NCBI GenBank assembly: GCA_025800285.1
Contig: JAOXRX010000037.1
Coordinates: 144,150-208,149 of the forward strand
Direction of reading: 5' to 3'
Source of the DNA: Alphaproteobacteria bacterium
GTDB lineage: Bacteria; Pseudomonadota; Alphaproteobacteria; JAOXRX01
DNA: 64,000 nt
A model generated the notes under the pieces. The model ran no database searches and was not told the origin of the DNA. It saw nothing but the letters and a program-made list of their open reading frames with translations. Positions within the stretch are counted from its first letter, which is position 1, and every line of letters begins with the position of its first letter. The position numbers were made by a program, and so were the translations under genes. Of this stretch, positions 18,170-29,113 are shown piece after piece.

Positions 18170-18823
18170 CTAATTTTCTAAAGACAAGTGTTGATTAATA
18201 TAGTCTTTTAAAGACTTTATAAGCTTAGCTTCATTTTCTCCAGAGAAGTAATGATTTGCACCTTCAACAACACTGTATTCTAATTCTATGCCCTTATCTT
18301 CGTTCAGCTCTTTTGCAAGTATTGCTGTTTTGTGCTCTGGAGCAAAAGTGTCCTCAGAACCTTGAATTATTTTACCCTTACATGGATATGGAGCAAGGAA
18401 GTTGAAGTCATGTTTAGTTGTTGGAGGTGATACTAAAACAAATTTTTCTATCTCAGGTCTTCTCATAACTAATTGTAGCCCAACCCATGAGCCAAAAGAG
18501 TATCCACAAACCCAAACACTTTTAGCTTGAGGGTTGTTTTCTTGTAGCCAATTTAGCAATGCCATAGCATCGTTAATTTCGTTTTCACCACTGTCAGAGT
18601 AGCTTCCTAAACTCTTACCTACACCTGCAAAGTTAAATCTTAAAACAGAGAAACCTGCCTGAGCCAGTGTTTTATACATAGAGAAAACTACACGGTTATT
18701 CATAGTCCCTCCTTTTTCAGGACTAGGTGCAATTACTAGAGCAATTGGACTATCTTCTTTTTGATTATGATGGTATTTCACCTCTAATCTACCTTGAGGG
18801 CCTGTTAAAAACATTTCTGGCAT
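18170..18823 (-). CDS. alpha/beta-fold hydrolase
   Basis: 217 aa with nucleophile elbow GYSFG, plus downstream Asp and His (SEDTF, ANHYF). Confidence 0.7.
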   Translation of the reverse strand: MPEMFLTGPQGRLEVKYHHNQKEDSPIALVIAPSPEKGGTMNNRVVFSMYKTLAQAGFSVLRFNFAGVGKSLGSYSDSGENEINDAMALLNWLQENNPQAKSVWVCGYSFGSWVGLQLVMRRPEIEKFVLVSPPTTKHDFNFLAPYPCKGKIIQGSEDTFAPEHKTAILAKELNEDKGIELEYSVVEGANHYFSGENEAKLIKSLKDYINQHLSLEN

Positions 18824-18838
18824 TTATTATTATTTCTC

Positions 18839-19543
18839 CTATCTGTTTTGAAATCTTAATATATATAAGAATAAATTTATAAAGTCTAAGTATAAAGATA
18901 ATGCATGCATTATTCCAAGCTTAGCTGTTTCTTGAGGGTTTGTTAATGAAAATATTGCAGTTCTTTTTAGTTTTTGAACATCCCAAGCAGTTAGTCCCAT
19001 GAAAACAGCAACTCCAACTACAGATATAACAAAGTCCATAGCTGTTGATTTTAGGAATATGTTTATTAGGCTTGATATAATTAACCCGAATAATCCCATA
19101 ACCATAAAGCTTCCCATAGATGTTAAATCTTTTTTGGTTGTGTAGCCATAAAGACTCATTGATAAGAACATGCAAGCTGATACAGTAAATGCTCTAAATA
19201 TTGCAACTCCTGTATATGCTAAGAATATTGATGATAATGATAGACCCATTACAAAACAGAATGTCCAAAATGCATTTTTTAATTGAGATTTTGTAGCTGT
19301 TTTGAATTTAGCATTCATATAAACTACAAATCCAAATGGAGCAAGCATAATAAGCCATTTTAGAGGGCTACCGAATATCGCATTAAGTATCATTGGAGAA
19401 TGAGCTGTAGCATATGATATGATTGCAGTTATTATTAAACCAATCCCCATGTAGTTGAATACAGACTGAACTGTTGATTTTATAACTTCATTTGTATTTG
19501 CTCTTTTAGCCTCTGAAGCATTTTGAGATAAATCTATTAACAT
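18839..19543 (-). CDS. BAX inhibitor-1 / YccA-family membrane protein
   Basis: 234 aa, about 7 TM segments, and a family-typical C-terminus (ALSLYLDFINLFLYILR). Confidence 0.8.
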   Translation of the reverse strand: MLIDLSQNASEAKRANTNEVIKSTVQSVFNYMGIGLIITAIISYATAHSPMILNAIFGSPLKWLIMLAPFGFVVYMNAKFKTATKSQLKNAFWTFCFVMGLSLSSIFLAYTGVAIFRAFTVSACMFLSMSLYGYTTKKDLTSMGSFMVMGLFGLIISSLINIFLKSTAMDFVISVVGVAVFMGLTAWDVQKLKRTAIFSLTNPQETAKLGIMHALSLYLDFINLFLYILRFQNR

Positions 19544-19672
19544 ATTTGAAATCCTTTCGTTTAGAGCTCTTATAACTTATATATAGACTTTTTTTAGCTA
19601 AATTTCAAGAAAATAAAAAAAATGCTGGACAAAAACTTTTTTTTGTTATATAAAAGTGTTCTATCAAATGAA

Positions 19673-19748
19673 GCTCGGATAGCTCAGTTGGTAGAGCAAA
19701 GGATTGAAAATCCTTGTGTCGCTGGTTCGATTCCAGCTCCGAGCACCA
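19673..19748 (+). tRNA. tRNA-Phe (GAA)
   Basis: GCTCGGATAGCTCAGTTGGTAGAGCAAAGGATTGAAAATCCTTGTGTCGCTGGTTCGATTCCAGCTCCGAGCACCA, with anticodon loop TTGAAAA. Confidence 0.95.
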
Positions 19749-19751
19749 TTT

Positions 19752-19781
19752 AAAAAAGCCGCCAATTATGGCGGTTTTTTT
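19752..19781 (+). terminator. rho-independent terminator after tRNA-Phe
   Basis: GCCGCC-AATTAT-GGCGG followed by T7. Confidence 0.75.
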
Positions 19782-19982
19782 ATTGTGTTATTTCTCTTTG
19801 AAGTCTATTAAAATGAGAAATTTACAATATATTTACAAATACATTAAATTTATTTTTATATTTAAAATCTTGAAAACATTGAGTAAAAGTGTTTTTGTAC
19901 TTTTATTGCTCTTTTTACTGTTGACATAGTTTTTTTGTTGTGTTAGTTACTTGTTTTTGAGATTGTTGTAACGGGGGGAAAG

Positions 19983-20519
19983 ATGAAAGATGAAAAAAAT
20001 TTCATAAAAGATACAGGTGATTTTTTTGGTGCATTATTAGGAGGAGCTATGCCTGGAATAGTTGCATCTAATTTAACAACAATGAATGATATTCCTGTAA
20101 GTGCTAGAATAGCTGCATCACTTTTAATAGGTGCATCGGTTAGTTCTGGATTGGTCGGCTCGAGTTTGGGGAGCTCGTTAAGTTTATTGATTTCTGGTAA
20201 AAAAGATAAAATTAGTTCTGAGCTAGATAATCTTGCGAAATCAAAAGATAAGCGTTCTATAAGAGTTATATCTGAAATTACAAACATGGTTGGTGTGGCT
20301 TTTTTCGGATCAACTGCTTTATATAGTTGTTATAAGCATCCAGAACTTTTAGAAAATGAGGTGTCTTTAGCAGCATTAGGTGTTGGTGTAGGTATATCAA
20401 GTTTAATGTTCACTAATATATTAAACAATAAAAGGCCTTTAGTTAACTGTACTTGTAAAGGTATTAAATTAGTATCCAAGCTTATGAAGAATAAAAATAA
20501 TAATTTAGATTTAAGCTAA
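19983..20519 (+). CDS. hypothetical membrane protein
   Basis: 178-aa ORF with Gly/Ser/Ala-rich hydrophobic segments. A 114-aa ORF overlaps on the opposite strand, so the strand choice is tentative. Confidence 0.3.
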   Translation: MKDEKNFIKDTGDFFGALLGGAMPGIVASNLTTMNDIPVSARIAASLLIGASVSSGLVGSSLGSSLSLLISGKKDKISSELDNLAKSKDKRSIRVISEITNMVGVAFFGSTALYSCYKHPELLENEVSLAALGVGVGISSLMFTNILNNKRPLVNCTCKGIKLVSKLMKNKNNNLDLS

Positions 20520-20566
20520 AAAAATATGCTCTATTTAAAGAGCATATTTTTTTAATTGGTGGTTTT

Positions 20567-21106
20567 CTAAGCTTTTTTCTCTGGAGATAGTAGCATTCCC
20601 ATTTGACGACCTTCCATTTTAGGTTTGTTGTCAACTTTAGCTAGTTCAGCAGTATCTGCAATAACTCTTTGAAGAAGCTTCATTCCTAATTCGTTATGAG
20701 ACATTTCTCTACCTCTGAAACGAATTGTAACTTTAACTTTATTACCCTTTTCAATGAATTGCTTAATATGTTTTAGCTTTGTGTTATAATCATTTATTTC
20801 TATATTTGGTCTAAGTTTAATTTCTTTTATTTCAATTTTAACCTGATTCTTTTTAGCTTGGTTTTGTTTTTTAGATTGTTCGTATTTAAACTTACCGTAA
20901 TCCATAATTTTACAAACAGGAGGTTTAGCTTGAGGAGAAATTTCTATTAAATCTAGTCCCTCATTTTTAGCTATGTTTATAGCCTCTCTTGTTGATAGTA
21001 CGCCAATCATCTCACCGTCAGATCCAATTACTCTAACAGTTTCCACTTTTATTTGGTTGTTTGCCCTAACCATAGGTTCTCTTTGCTTTGAAATACCCGC
21101 CTCCAT
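20567..21106 (-). CDS. infC: translation initiation factor IF-3
   Basis: Motifs VRVIGSDGEMIGVL, PPVCKIMDYGKFKYE and IRFRGREM. The true start is uncertain because IF-3 genes often use a non-ATG start. Confidence 0.9.
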   Translation of the reverse strand: MEAGISKQREPMVRANNQIKVETVRVIGSDGEMIGVLSTREAINIAKNEGLDLIEISPQAKPPVCKIMDYGKFKYEQSKKQNQAKKNQVKIEIKEIKLRPNIEINDYNTKLKHIKQFIEKGNKVKVTIRFRGREMSHNELGMKLLQRVIADTAELAKVDNKPKMEGRQMGMLLSPEKKA

Positions 21107-21261
21107 TTATTATTCAAATTTGTTAAACATTGATACTTTATAACTTTTTATTTAATTTTGCAAGTAAAAAATCTATGTAAGCCTTAAGACACTTGCATTT
21201 TAGTGTAAAATATTTCATATTGTTTTTTATAGATACTAACTTAATTATGAAAAGGTAAAAT

Positions 21262-23217
21262 ATGAATTTATATAAACAAAAAATTAATGCACTTAGATTT
21301 TTAGCGATTGATGCTGTTGAGCAAGCTAATTCAGGTCATCCAGGAATAGCATTAGGGCTTGCTGATGTTGTGGGCACTCTATTCTTAAAACATTTGAAAA
21401 TTAATCCTGCAAAACCAGAATGGCCTAGTCGTGATAGATTTGTTATGTCTGGAGGGCATGGATCATCTCTTTTATATTCTGCTCTACATTTATCAGGGTA
21501 TAAAAAGATTACCTTAAAAGAGTTAAAAAATTTTCGTCAAAAAGGAAGTGTTTGTGCTGGGCATCCAGAAGTTAATGTCTCTGCAGGTATAGAGTGCACA
21601 ACAGGGCCTTTGGGTCAAGGTATAGCTATGGCTGTTGGTATGGCTATTGCTGAAGAAAAATCAAGAAGTGAATATGGTAAGAATTTAATATCAAACTATA
21701 CTTATGTTACTCTTGGAGATGGAGATTTACAAGAGGGGGTATCTCATGAAGCTTGTTCTTTAGCAGGGCATTTAAAATTAAGTAAACTAATTATGTTTTA
21801 TGATGATAACTCAATTACAATTGACGGATCTACAAAACTTTCTTTCACAGAAAATGTTAAAGCTAGGTTCTTAGCATATGGGTTTGATGTTCAAAAAATA
21901 AATGGGCATAATACAAAAGAAATTTCAAGAGCTATTATAAAGGCTCAGAAAAGTAAGAAGCCATCTATTATAATTTGTAAAACAAAAATAGGATATGGAT
22001 CTCCTAAAGCTGGAACATCCTCTGTGCATGGAAGTCCGTTAGGGAGTGAAGCTTTGGCAAAGACAAGAGAGAATCTTGGTTGGGAAAATGCTAAATTTAA
22101 AGTTCCTGCAGAAATCAAACAAGCTTGGAAAGATGACATCGCTAAAAATAAAGAGGCTTATGTTAAATGGGAAGAAATATATAAGAAAGAAGACAGGGAT
22201 TCTGTGTTCAATAGAGTTTTTGTAAAAGGTGAACTTTCTTTCTCTTTTGAAGATATGTTAATGGATTATAAAAACAATGAAATAAAAGAAAAAAAATCTA
22301 AAGCTACAAGAAAAGCATCAGGAGAAGTTCTAGAAATATTATCTTTAGCTTTACCAGAAATGATGGGAGGCTCTGCAGATTTGTCTCCTTCAAATAATAC
22401 ATTTAACTCAGCATCAAAAGATATAGAGCCAGGGAAGTTCTCTGGTAATTATATTAGATATGGTGTTAGAGAATTTGCAATGGTTGCTATTGAAAATGGT
22501 ATTTCTCTATATGGCGGTTTAATACCTTATGTTGGTACATTCTTATGTTTCTCAGATTATGCAAGAGGTGCTATAAGATTATCTGCTTTAATGGGGACAA
22601 GAGGCATAAATATCTTCACTCATGACTCAATTGGCTTAGGAGAAGATGGTCCTACTCATCAACCTGTTGAGCATGTAGCAAGTTTAAGAGCTATGCCAAA
22701 TTTAAATGTTTTCAGGCCTGCGGATTCTATAGAAGCGGCTGAATGTTTAGAGCTTGCAGTTAAGAGTAAAAATACTCCTTCAATAATGGCTTTAACAAGA
22801 CAAGGACTGCCTGTTCTTAGAAAAGATGCAAAAGAAAATCTATCAGCTAAAGGTGCTTATATATTAGACGATTGCAAAGGCAAGCCTGATGTGGTTATTA
22901 TGGCTTCAGGATCAGAATTAAAAATAGCAGTTGAAGCTAAGAATAAACTAAAAGGGAAAAAGGCAAGAGTTGTTTCTGTTCCTTGTATGGATATTTTTGA
23001 TGCTCAAGACTTAGAGTATAAAGAAAGTGTTATTGGTAAAAAAGGAACAAAAATAATTGCGGTTGAAGCTGGAGTGCAACAGTGTTGGGATAAATATCTA
23101 GGAGATAATGGTTCTTTTGTTGGAATGTCAACATTCGGAGAATCTGCTCCTATAGATGATCTTTACGAGCATTTTGGTATTACAGTTAAAGCTGTTTTAG
23201 AGGCTTGTAAGAAATAG
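21262..23217 (+). CDS. tkt: transketolase
   Basis: 651 aa. SGHPG, TPP-binding GDGDLQEGVSHEA and THDSIGLGEDGPTHQPVE. Confidence 0.95.
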   Translation: MNLYKQKINALRFLAIDAVEQANSGHPGIALGLADVVGTLFLKHLKINPAKPEWPSRDRFVMSGGHGSSLLYSALHLSGYKKITLKELKNFRQKGSVCAGHPEVNVSAGIECTTGPLGQGIAMAVGMAIAEEKSRSEYGKNLISNYTYVTLGDGDLQEGVSHEACSLAGHLKLSKLIMFYDDNSITIDGSTKLSFTENVKARFLAYGFDVQKINGHNTKEISRAIIKAQKSKKPSIIICKTKIGYGSPKAGTSSVHGSPLGSEALAKTRENLGWENAKFKVPAEIKQAWKDDIAKNKEAYVKWEEIYKKEDRDSVFNRVFVKGELSFSFEDMLMDYKNNEIKEKKSKATRKASGEVLEILSLALPEMMGGSADLSPSNNTFNSASKDIEPGKFSGNYIRYGVREFAMVAIENGISLYGGLIPYVGTFLCFSDYARGAIRLSALMGTRGINIFTHDSIGLGEDGPTHQPVEHVASLRAMPNLNVFRPADSIEAAECLELAVKSKNTPSIMALTRQGLPVLRKDAKENLSAKGAYILDDCKGKPDVVIMASGSELKIAVEAKNKLKGKKARVVSVPCMDIFDAQDLEYKESVIGKKGTKIIAVEAGVQQCWDKYLGDNGSFVGMSTFGESAPIDDLYEHFGITVKAVLEACKK

Positions 23218-23308
23218 TTACAAAATGTAATATAATAAGAGTTGTCAAAAGAGTGTATATATAGTAAATAAAAATTAGTTTAATTTAAAGATATAAGGAT
23301 ATTTACAC

Positions 23309-24094
23309 ATGATACACTCGACAGCAATTATTGAAGATGGAGCAAAATTAGGAAAAGATGTTGAAATTGGACCTTTCTGCATAGTTGGTTCTAATGTTGA
23401 ACTTGGAGATAGAGTTTGTTTGAAGTCTCATGTTTCTGTTGTTGGAAATACTAAAGTTGGAGCAGACACTGTTATATATCCTTTCGCTTCAATTGGAGAA
23501 GTTAATCAAGATTTAAAATATAAAGGTGAAGACACAAGAGTTATCATCGGAGAAAGAAATAGAATCAGAGAACATGTAACAATCCATAATGGAACTGTTC
23601 AAGGTGGCGGTTTAACTCAAGTTGGTGATGACTGTTTGTTTATGGTTGGATCTCATATCGCTCATGATTGTAAAGTTGGAAATAGAGTTATTTTAGCAAA
23701 TAATGCAACTCTTGCTGGACATGTTGAGGTAGATGATAAAGCTATTATTGGAGGCTTGTCAGCAGTTCATCAATTTACTAAAATTGGTAAAGGTGTAATG
23801 GTTGGAGGCATGTCAGGTGTTGATGGAGATGTTATCCCTTATGGTTTAGTAAAAGGAGAAAGAGCTAACTTAGCAGGGTTTAATTTAGTTGGTTTATCAA
23901 GAGGTGGAATTGATAAGAAAGTTACTAAAGAGATGTTGTTAGCATTTAAAGATTTATTTGAAAGCGATGGAACTTTTGCTGAAAGAAAAGAAAGAGTTAG
24001 ACAAGAGTATAAAGATAATCAATTTATGGCAGAGATTTTAGATTTTATTGATTCAGATGAGAGACATCAATCTCTTTGCACTCCTAAGCATTAA
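23309..24094 (+). CDS. lpxA: acyl-ACP:UDP-GlcNAc O-acyltransferase
   Basis: 261 aa with left-handed beta-helix hexapeptide repeats and the N-terminus [14 protein letters not shown]. Confidence 0.9.
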   Translation: MIHSTAIIEDGAKLGKDVEIGPFCIVGSNVELGDRVCLKSHVSVVGNTKVGADTVIYPFASIGEVNQDLKYKGEDTRVIIGERNRIREHVTIHNGTVQGGGLTQVGDDCLFMVGSHIAHDCKVGNRVILANNATLAGHVEVDDKAIIGGLSAVHQFTKIGKGVMVGGMSGVDGDVIPYGLVKGERANLAGFNLVGLSRGGIDKKVTKEMLLAFKDLFESDGTFAERKERVRQEYKDNQFMAEILDFIDSDERHQSLCTPKH

Positions 24095-24216
24095 AATATA
24101 TATAATCAGTTTTTTATTATAACTTGACAAAGTTGTTACATATTATTAATAATAAATATGTTATATAATAGTTAGGAGGAGTATTAAATCCCCCAACTTT
24201 AAAATAGGAAATAATT

Positions 24217-25029
24217 ATGAAGAAAGATAAAATTGCAGTTATAGCTGGTAATGGTGAATTGCCAAAGAAGATTATAAATAAACTAAAAAAAGATAATAAA
24301 GAGTTTATAGTTATATCCTTATTGGGAGCTATAAATATAAATGATTATGCTGATTATGAGAATTACTCTTTTTACCCAGGACAAATGAAAAAGATTCTAA
24401 GTAAGTTAAAAGAATGCAAAGTTAATAAAGTTGTTTTAGCTGGGGGTCTAAAAAGACCATCTATATTTGATGTAAGATTAGACTCTTTATCTTATAAGAT
24501 ATTAGCTAAAGCAGTAATGCAGGGTCTAGGAGATGATGCTCTTCTTAGATTAATAATGAAAGAGATTGATAAAGTCGGGGCAACTGTTGTTGGTGCTCAT
24601 GAAATTTGTCCTTCTCTAACAATGAACAAAGGTGTTTTGGGCAAGGTTAAGCCTTCAAAAAAAGATTCTTTAAATATTGATAGAGGTATAAAAGTTTTAC
24701 AAGCAACTGCAGATTTAGACATGGGGCAATCAATAGTTATTGATGAGGGTGTAGTGGTAGGAATAGAGGCTGTTGAAGGAACTGAAGAGCTTATAAAAAG
24801 ATGTGGTAAACACAAGCTTAGTGAAAAAGGTGGAGTTCTTGTTAAGATGAAAAAATCTTCTCAAAGCGATAAGGTTGATATGCCAACTATAGGTGTTAAA
24901 ACCGTAGAGCAAGTTTACGAGGCTGGGTTTTCTGGTATAGCAATTGAATCAGGTAATGTTTTGGTTATAAATCAAGATGAACTAATAAAAAAAGCTAATG
25001 AGCTTAAAATTTTCATAAAGGCATTTTAG
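24217..25029 (+). CDS. lpxI: UDP-2,3-diacylglucosamine pyrophosphatase LpxI (DUF1009)
   Basis: 270 aa located between lpxA and lpxB, the alphaproteobacterial arrangement. Motifs DMGQSIVI and GIEAVEGTEELI. Confidence 0.75.
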   Translation: MKKDKIAVIAGNGELPKKIINKLKKDNKEFIVISLLGAININDYADYENYSFYPGQMKKILSKLKECKVNKVVLAGGLKRPSIFDVRLDSLSYKILAKAVMQGLGDDALLRLIMKEIDKVGATVVGAHEICPSLTMNKGVLGKVKPSKKDSLNIDRGIKVLQATADLDMGQSIVIDEGVVVGIEAVEGTEELIKRCGKHKLSEKGGVLVKMKKSSQSDKVDMPTIGVKTVEQVYEAGFSGIAIESGNVLVINQDELIKKANELKIFIKAF

Positions 25030-25039
25030 AGGAAAGATA

Positions 25040-26137
25040 ATGACAAAAAAAATATTTATTATAGCAGGAGAGGATTCAGGAGATATATTAGCTTCTGGTT
25101 TAATGAAAAGAATAAACACTAAAGCAGATGTTCAATACTTCGGCATAGGTGGAGATTTAATGAAAGCGGAAGGCTTAGAAAAGTCTTTTTTCTCTATGGA
25201 TGAGTTATCTGTCATGGGGCTAGATATTGTTCCTCAAATACCACACTTTTTGAGGAGAATAAATGAAACAGTTGAAGAGATATTAAGAGTTAATCCTGAT
25301 GTTGTTGTTACAGTAGATGCTCCAGAGTTTTCTTTTAGAGTTCTAAAAAAACTTAGAGCTAAAAATAAGTATATAAAATTGGTTCATTATGTTTCTCCTA
25401 GTGTTTGGGCTTGGAGAGAAAAAAGAGCAGAGAAAATATCTAAATTTTTAAATGCTGTTTTGCTGTTATGGCCTTTTGAGAAGAAATATTATCCAGATAT
25501 AAAAACTTTTTATGTTGGGCATCCTGCAACAATGAGGTTTAAAGAGTTAAAAGAAATAAAGACAAATAAAATTCTTTGTTTGCCTGGCTCAAGAAAAAAA
25601 GAAGTATCTAAGCTTTTGCCTGTGTTTACAAAAGTTATTAATAAGCTTTATGAAAAAGATAAGACAATATCTGTTGCTATTCCTGTCGCTCCAAATGTTG
25701 CAGAGTTAGTAGAAAAACTATCTCAAAAAATAAATGCTAAAGTAACTCTAATTCATGATGATGATAAAAAGAAAAAGCTAAATGGTAAGATTGCGATGGT
25801 TGCAAGTGGAACTGCTGTTTTTGAAATTGCTCTAAAAGAGATACCTACTGTTTCTGCTTATAAAATGGGTAGGGTTGCAGGACTTATTGGTAAGATAATG
25901 ATTAAATCTAAGTGGGTTACTTTGCCTAATATCATTATGAATAAGCAAATTGTTCCAGAGTTGTTACAAAGAAAATGTAATGAAAAAGCGATTAGAGAAG
26001 AGCTGGAAAAACTTCTTTATAACGATAAAGAAATATTGAAACAAAGAAATAACTTTAAGAAGATGAAAAATAAATTAAAAGTTGGTAGAGTTAATCCAGA
26101 TATTGAAGCTGCTAAAGCTATAATGAAGTTCTTATAA
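25040..26137 (+). CDS. lpxB: lipid-A-disaccharide synthase
   Basis: 365 aa, GT19 family. N-terminus IFIIAGEDSGDILAS. Confidence 0.9.
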   Translation: MTKKIFIIAGEDSGDILASGLMKRINTKADVQYFGIGGDLMKAEGLEKSFFSMDELSVMGLDIVPQIPHFLRRINETVEEILRVNPDVVVTVDAPEFSFRVLKKLRAKNKYIKLVHYVSPSVWAWREKRAEKISKFLNAVLLLWPFEKKYYPDIKTFYVGHPATMRFKELKEIKTNKILCLPGSRKKEVSKLLPVFTKVINKLYEKDKTISVAIPVAPNVAELVEKLSQKINAKVTLIHDDDKKKKLNGKIAMVASGTAVFEIALKEIPTVSAYKMGRVAGLIGKIMIKSKWVTLPNIIMNKQIVPELLQRKCNEKAIREELEKLLYNDKEILKQRNNFKKMKNKLKVGRVNPDIEAAKAIMKFL

Positions 26138-26156
26138 TTAGATGACTTTATAATGT

Positions 26157-26185
26157 AAAAAAAAGCCCGCTTTCGCGGGTTTTTT
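26157..26185. terminator. bidirectional rho-independent terminator (lpxB / secA)
   Basis: A-run, CCCGC-TTTC-GCGGG, T-run. Confidence 0.8.
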
Positions 26186-26187
26186 AA

Positions 26188-28875
26188 TTAATTAACTTTG
26201 CCGTGGCAGTGCTTATATTTTTTACCACTTCCACAAGGACAAAGAGAGTTTCTTGGTAACTTAGACCATGTCTCTGGTTTGCTTTTATTAAATTTAGCAT
26301 TCTTAATTGTCTTAACTTCTTCATTTTCAGTTTTTTCTAATGCTGGATCTACGCGAGTTTCGTGCATTTCTTGCTCTGGTCTTAAAGCTCCAATAGCTTT
26401 TTCATTAGTTTGGAACTCTACATGAGTAAGAATAGAAGTAACTCCTTCCTTTAATGATGCTAGCATCATTTCAAAACGATTGAATGCTTCTCTTTTGTAT
26501 TCGTTAAGAGGATCTTTTTGTCCATAAGCTCTTAATGAGATGCCAGTTCTTAAATGATCTAGAGAAAGAAGGTGTTCTTTCCACAGGTGATCCATAACTT
26601 GTAATAAAATACCTTTTTCAACACTTCTAATTACTTTAGGCCCATATTTAGAGACTTTTTCTGCCATATATTTATTAGAAAGGTTAATAATTCTTTCAAG
26701 TAATTCTGTTTCGCCTAAGCCTTCTTCTTTTATCCAATCTGAGAATGGAAATTCGATGTTTAAGAACTTTTTACAAGCTATATCCATGCCTTCAACATCC
26801 CATTGCTCTTTATAAGACCCCTTTGGTACATGGTTGTAAACAATGTCTTCAATCACTTCATGACGGAAATCTTTAATTGTTTCAGAAAGGTCATTAGCAG
26901 CCATTATTTCTTTTCTTTGGTCGTAAATAACTTTTCTTTGATCATTCATAACATCATCATATTTAAGTAGATTCTTACGAATTTCAAAGTTTTGTGCTTC
27001 AACTTTTTTCTGAGCTTTTTCTATAGCTTTGTTAATCCAAGGATGAACTAAGGCCTCACCATCTTTCAGACCAAGAGTTTTAAGTACTGCATCCATTCTT
27101 TCAGAACCAAAAATTCTCATTAGGTCATCTTCAATAGATAGGAAAAATTTAGATTCACCTGCATCACCTTGACGACCTGTTCTACCTCTTAATTGATTGT
27201 CAATTCTTCTGGATTCATGTCTTTCTGTTGCAAGAACATATAACCCTCCTGCTTCCATCGCTACTTCTTTAGCTTTTTCAATTTCTGCTTCAATTTTTTC
27301 TGTGATTTTTTTTATTTTCTTTTCATCTGTGATACCGTTAAGTTCTTTTTCAAGTCTCATTTCAAGGTTACCACCTAGTTTAATATCTGTACCTCTACCA
27401 GCCATATTTGTAGCAATAGTGATTGCTCCTGGTACACCAGCTTGAGCAATTATATATGCTTCTTGTTCATGGAACTTAGCATTTAGAATGTTATGTTTTA
27501 TTTTATGTTTCTTTAGTAGTTTAGATAAATCTTCTGAGTTTTCAATTGAAGTTGTTCCAACAAGAACAGGTTGATTTCTATCGTGGCATTGTAGAATTTG
27601 ATCAACGATAGCTTTATATTTCTCTTTTCTTGTTCTATAGATTTCATCATCTTGATCTATTCTAGCAATAGGTAAATTTGTTGGTATTGCTAAAACATTT
27701 AAATCATAAATTTCAGAGAACTCTGCTTCTTCTGTAAGAGCTGTACCTGTCATTCCAGATAATTTAGGGTACATTCTGAAGAAGTTTTGAAATGTTACAG
27801 AGGCAAGAGTTTGGTTTTCTTGCTGTATTTTAACATCTTCTTTTGCTTCTAAAGATTGGTGCAAGCCTTCAGAGTATCTTCTGCCAGGCATCATTCTTCC
27901 TGTAAATTCATCAATGATAATCACTTGATCGTCTTTTACTATATAGTCTTTATCTTTTTCAAATAATTTATGAGCTTTTAAAGCTTGATTTATATGATGA
28001 ACTAAATTTACATTTTGCATATCATATAAGCTTTCGCCTTTAAGCATTTTATTTTTTATTAGTAACTCTTCAACATGATCATTACCTTGCTCTGTAAGAA
28101 CAACTGTTTTTTGTTTTTCATCTTTTTCAAAATCATCATCTTCTAATAGAGGTATTATTTTATTAACTTTTTTATATTCCTCAGAGAAATCTTCTGTTGG
28201 ACCAGATATAATTAATGGAGTTCTAGCCTCGTCAATTAAAATAGAGTCAACTTCATCAATTATAGCGAAGTTAAAGTCTCTTTGTACTCTGTCTTCTTCT
28301 CTTAGTTTCATATTGTCTCTTAGGTAGTCGAAGCCAAATTCATTATTTGTTCCATATGTTATATCACAGGCATAAGCTTCTTTTCTTTCTGTGTCATTAA
28401 GTCCGTGATAAATCTTTCCAACAGTTAATCCTAAGAATTCATATACTTGACCCATCCAGTTAGCATCTCTTTGAGCCAAATAGTCATTTACAGTAACAAC
28501 ATGAACACCTTTGCCTGATAGAGCATTTAGATATACAGGTAGAGTGGCTACTAATGTTTTACCTTCACCTGTTTTCATTTCAGCAATGTCTCCATTGTGA
28601 AGAGTAAGCCCACCTATTAGTTGAACATCAAAAGCTCTCATGTTTAAAACTCTTTTACCAGCTTCTCTCACAACCGCAAATGCTTCTGGTAAAATAGAAT
28701 CTAAAGATTCGCCATTTTTTATTCTTTTTTGGAATTCTTTTGTCTTTGATTTTAATTTTGTGTCTGATAATTTCTCGATTTCTGCTTCTAGACCATTTAT
28801 TTTTTCTACGATTTTTTGTAGAGATTTAATTCTTCTTTCATTTTGAGAACCAAATAATTTGCTTATAAGCTTCAT
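26188..28875 (-). CDS. secA: preprotein translocase ATPase SecA
   Basis: 895 aa. [30 protein letters not shown] and the C-terminal zinc motif [14 protein letters not shown]. Confidence 0.97.
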   Translation of the reverse strand: MKLISKLFGSQNERRIKSLQKIVEKINGLEAEIEKLSDTKLKSKTKEFQKRIKNGESLDSILPEAFAVVREAGKRVLNMRAFDVQLIGGLTLHNGDIAEMKTGEGKTLVATLPVYLNALSGKGVHVVTVNDYLAQRDANWMGQVYEFLGLTVGKIYHGLNDTERKEAYACDITYGTNNEFGFDYLRDNMKLREEDRVQRDFNFAIIDEVDSILIDEARTPLIISGPTEDFSEEYKKVNKIIPLLEDDDFEKDEKQKTVVLTEQGNDHVEELLIKNKMLKGESLYDMQNVNLVHHINQALKAHKLFEKDKDYIVKDDQVIIIDEFTGRMMPGRRYSEGLHQSLEAKEDVKIQQENQTLASVTFQNFFRMYPKLSGMTGTALTEEAEFSEIYDLNVLAIPTNLPIARIDQDDEIYRTRKEKYKAIVDQILQCHDRNQPVLVGTTSIENSEDLSKLLKKHKIKHNILNAKFHEQEAYIIAQAGVPGAITIATNMAGRGTDIKLGGNLEMRLEKELNGITDEKKIKKITEKIEAEIEKAKEVAMEAGGLYVLATERHESRRIDNQLRGRTGRQGDAGESKFFLSIEDDLMRIFGSERMDAVLKTLGLKDGEALVHPWINKAIEKAQKKVEAQNFEIRKNLLKYDDVMNDQRKVIYDQRKEIMAANDLSETIKDFRHEVIEDIVYNHVPKGSYKEQWDVEGMDIACKKFLNIEFPFSDWIKEEGLGETELLERIINLSNKYMAEKVSKYGPKVIRSVEKGILLQVMDHLWKEHLLSLDHLRTGISLRAYGQKDPLNEYKREAFNRFEMMLASLKEGVTSILTHVEFQTNEKAIGALRPEQEMHETRVDPALEKTENEEVKTIKNAKFNKSKPETWSKLPRNSLCPCGSGKKYKHCHGKVN

Positions 28876-29113
28876 AGTTTTACTCTTTTCTTTCTGTTAA
28901 ATCATTGTAATAATTTGATTTATAACGATATGTACTTTTTATTCTAAATTGAAATATATACTATATTATTCCAAAAATTATTTCTTTAAATATATATAGA
29001 GTTTAAATCTCTAAAAATCAAGCCTTTTTATTTAATTAATAGTGTTGACATATTTGCTAATTTGTATTAAAATTCGGGCGATTTAAAAATTCAATAAAAA
29101 AGAAAGGTTTTTT

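Noticed and set aside
19714-19929. 71-aa ORF starting inside tRNA-Phe
   Set aside because: It overlaps the tRNA 3' half and its terminator and has no RBS, so it is spurious.
19749-20566. Possible integrated element next to tRNA-Phe (orphan ORF in an AT-rich stretch)
   Set aside because: I saw no integrase, no direct repeat of the tRNA 3' end, and no other mobile-element genes. The evidence is insufficient.
28876-29113. Possible FNR/CRP-type box upstream of pflB
   Set aside because: I looked for TTGAT-N4-ATCAA. The only ATCAA half-site (near 29021-29025) lacks a matching left half, so no call is made.
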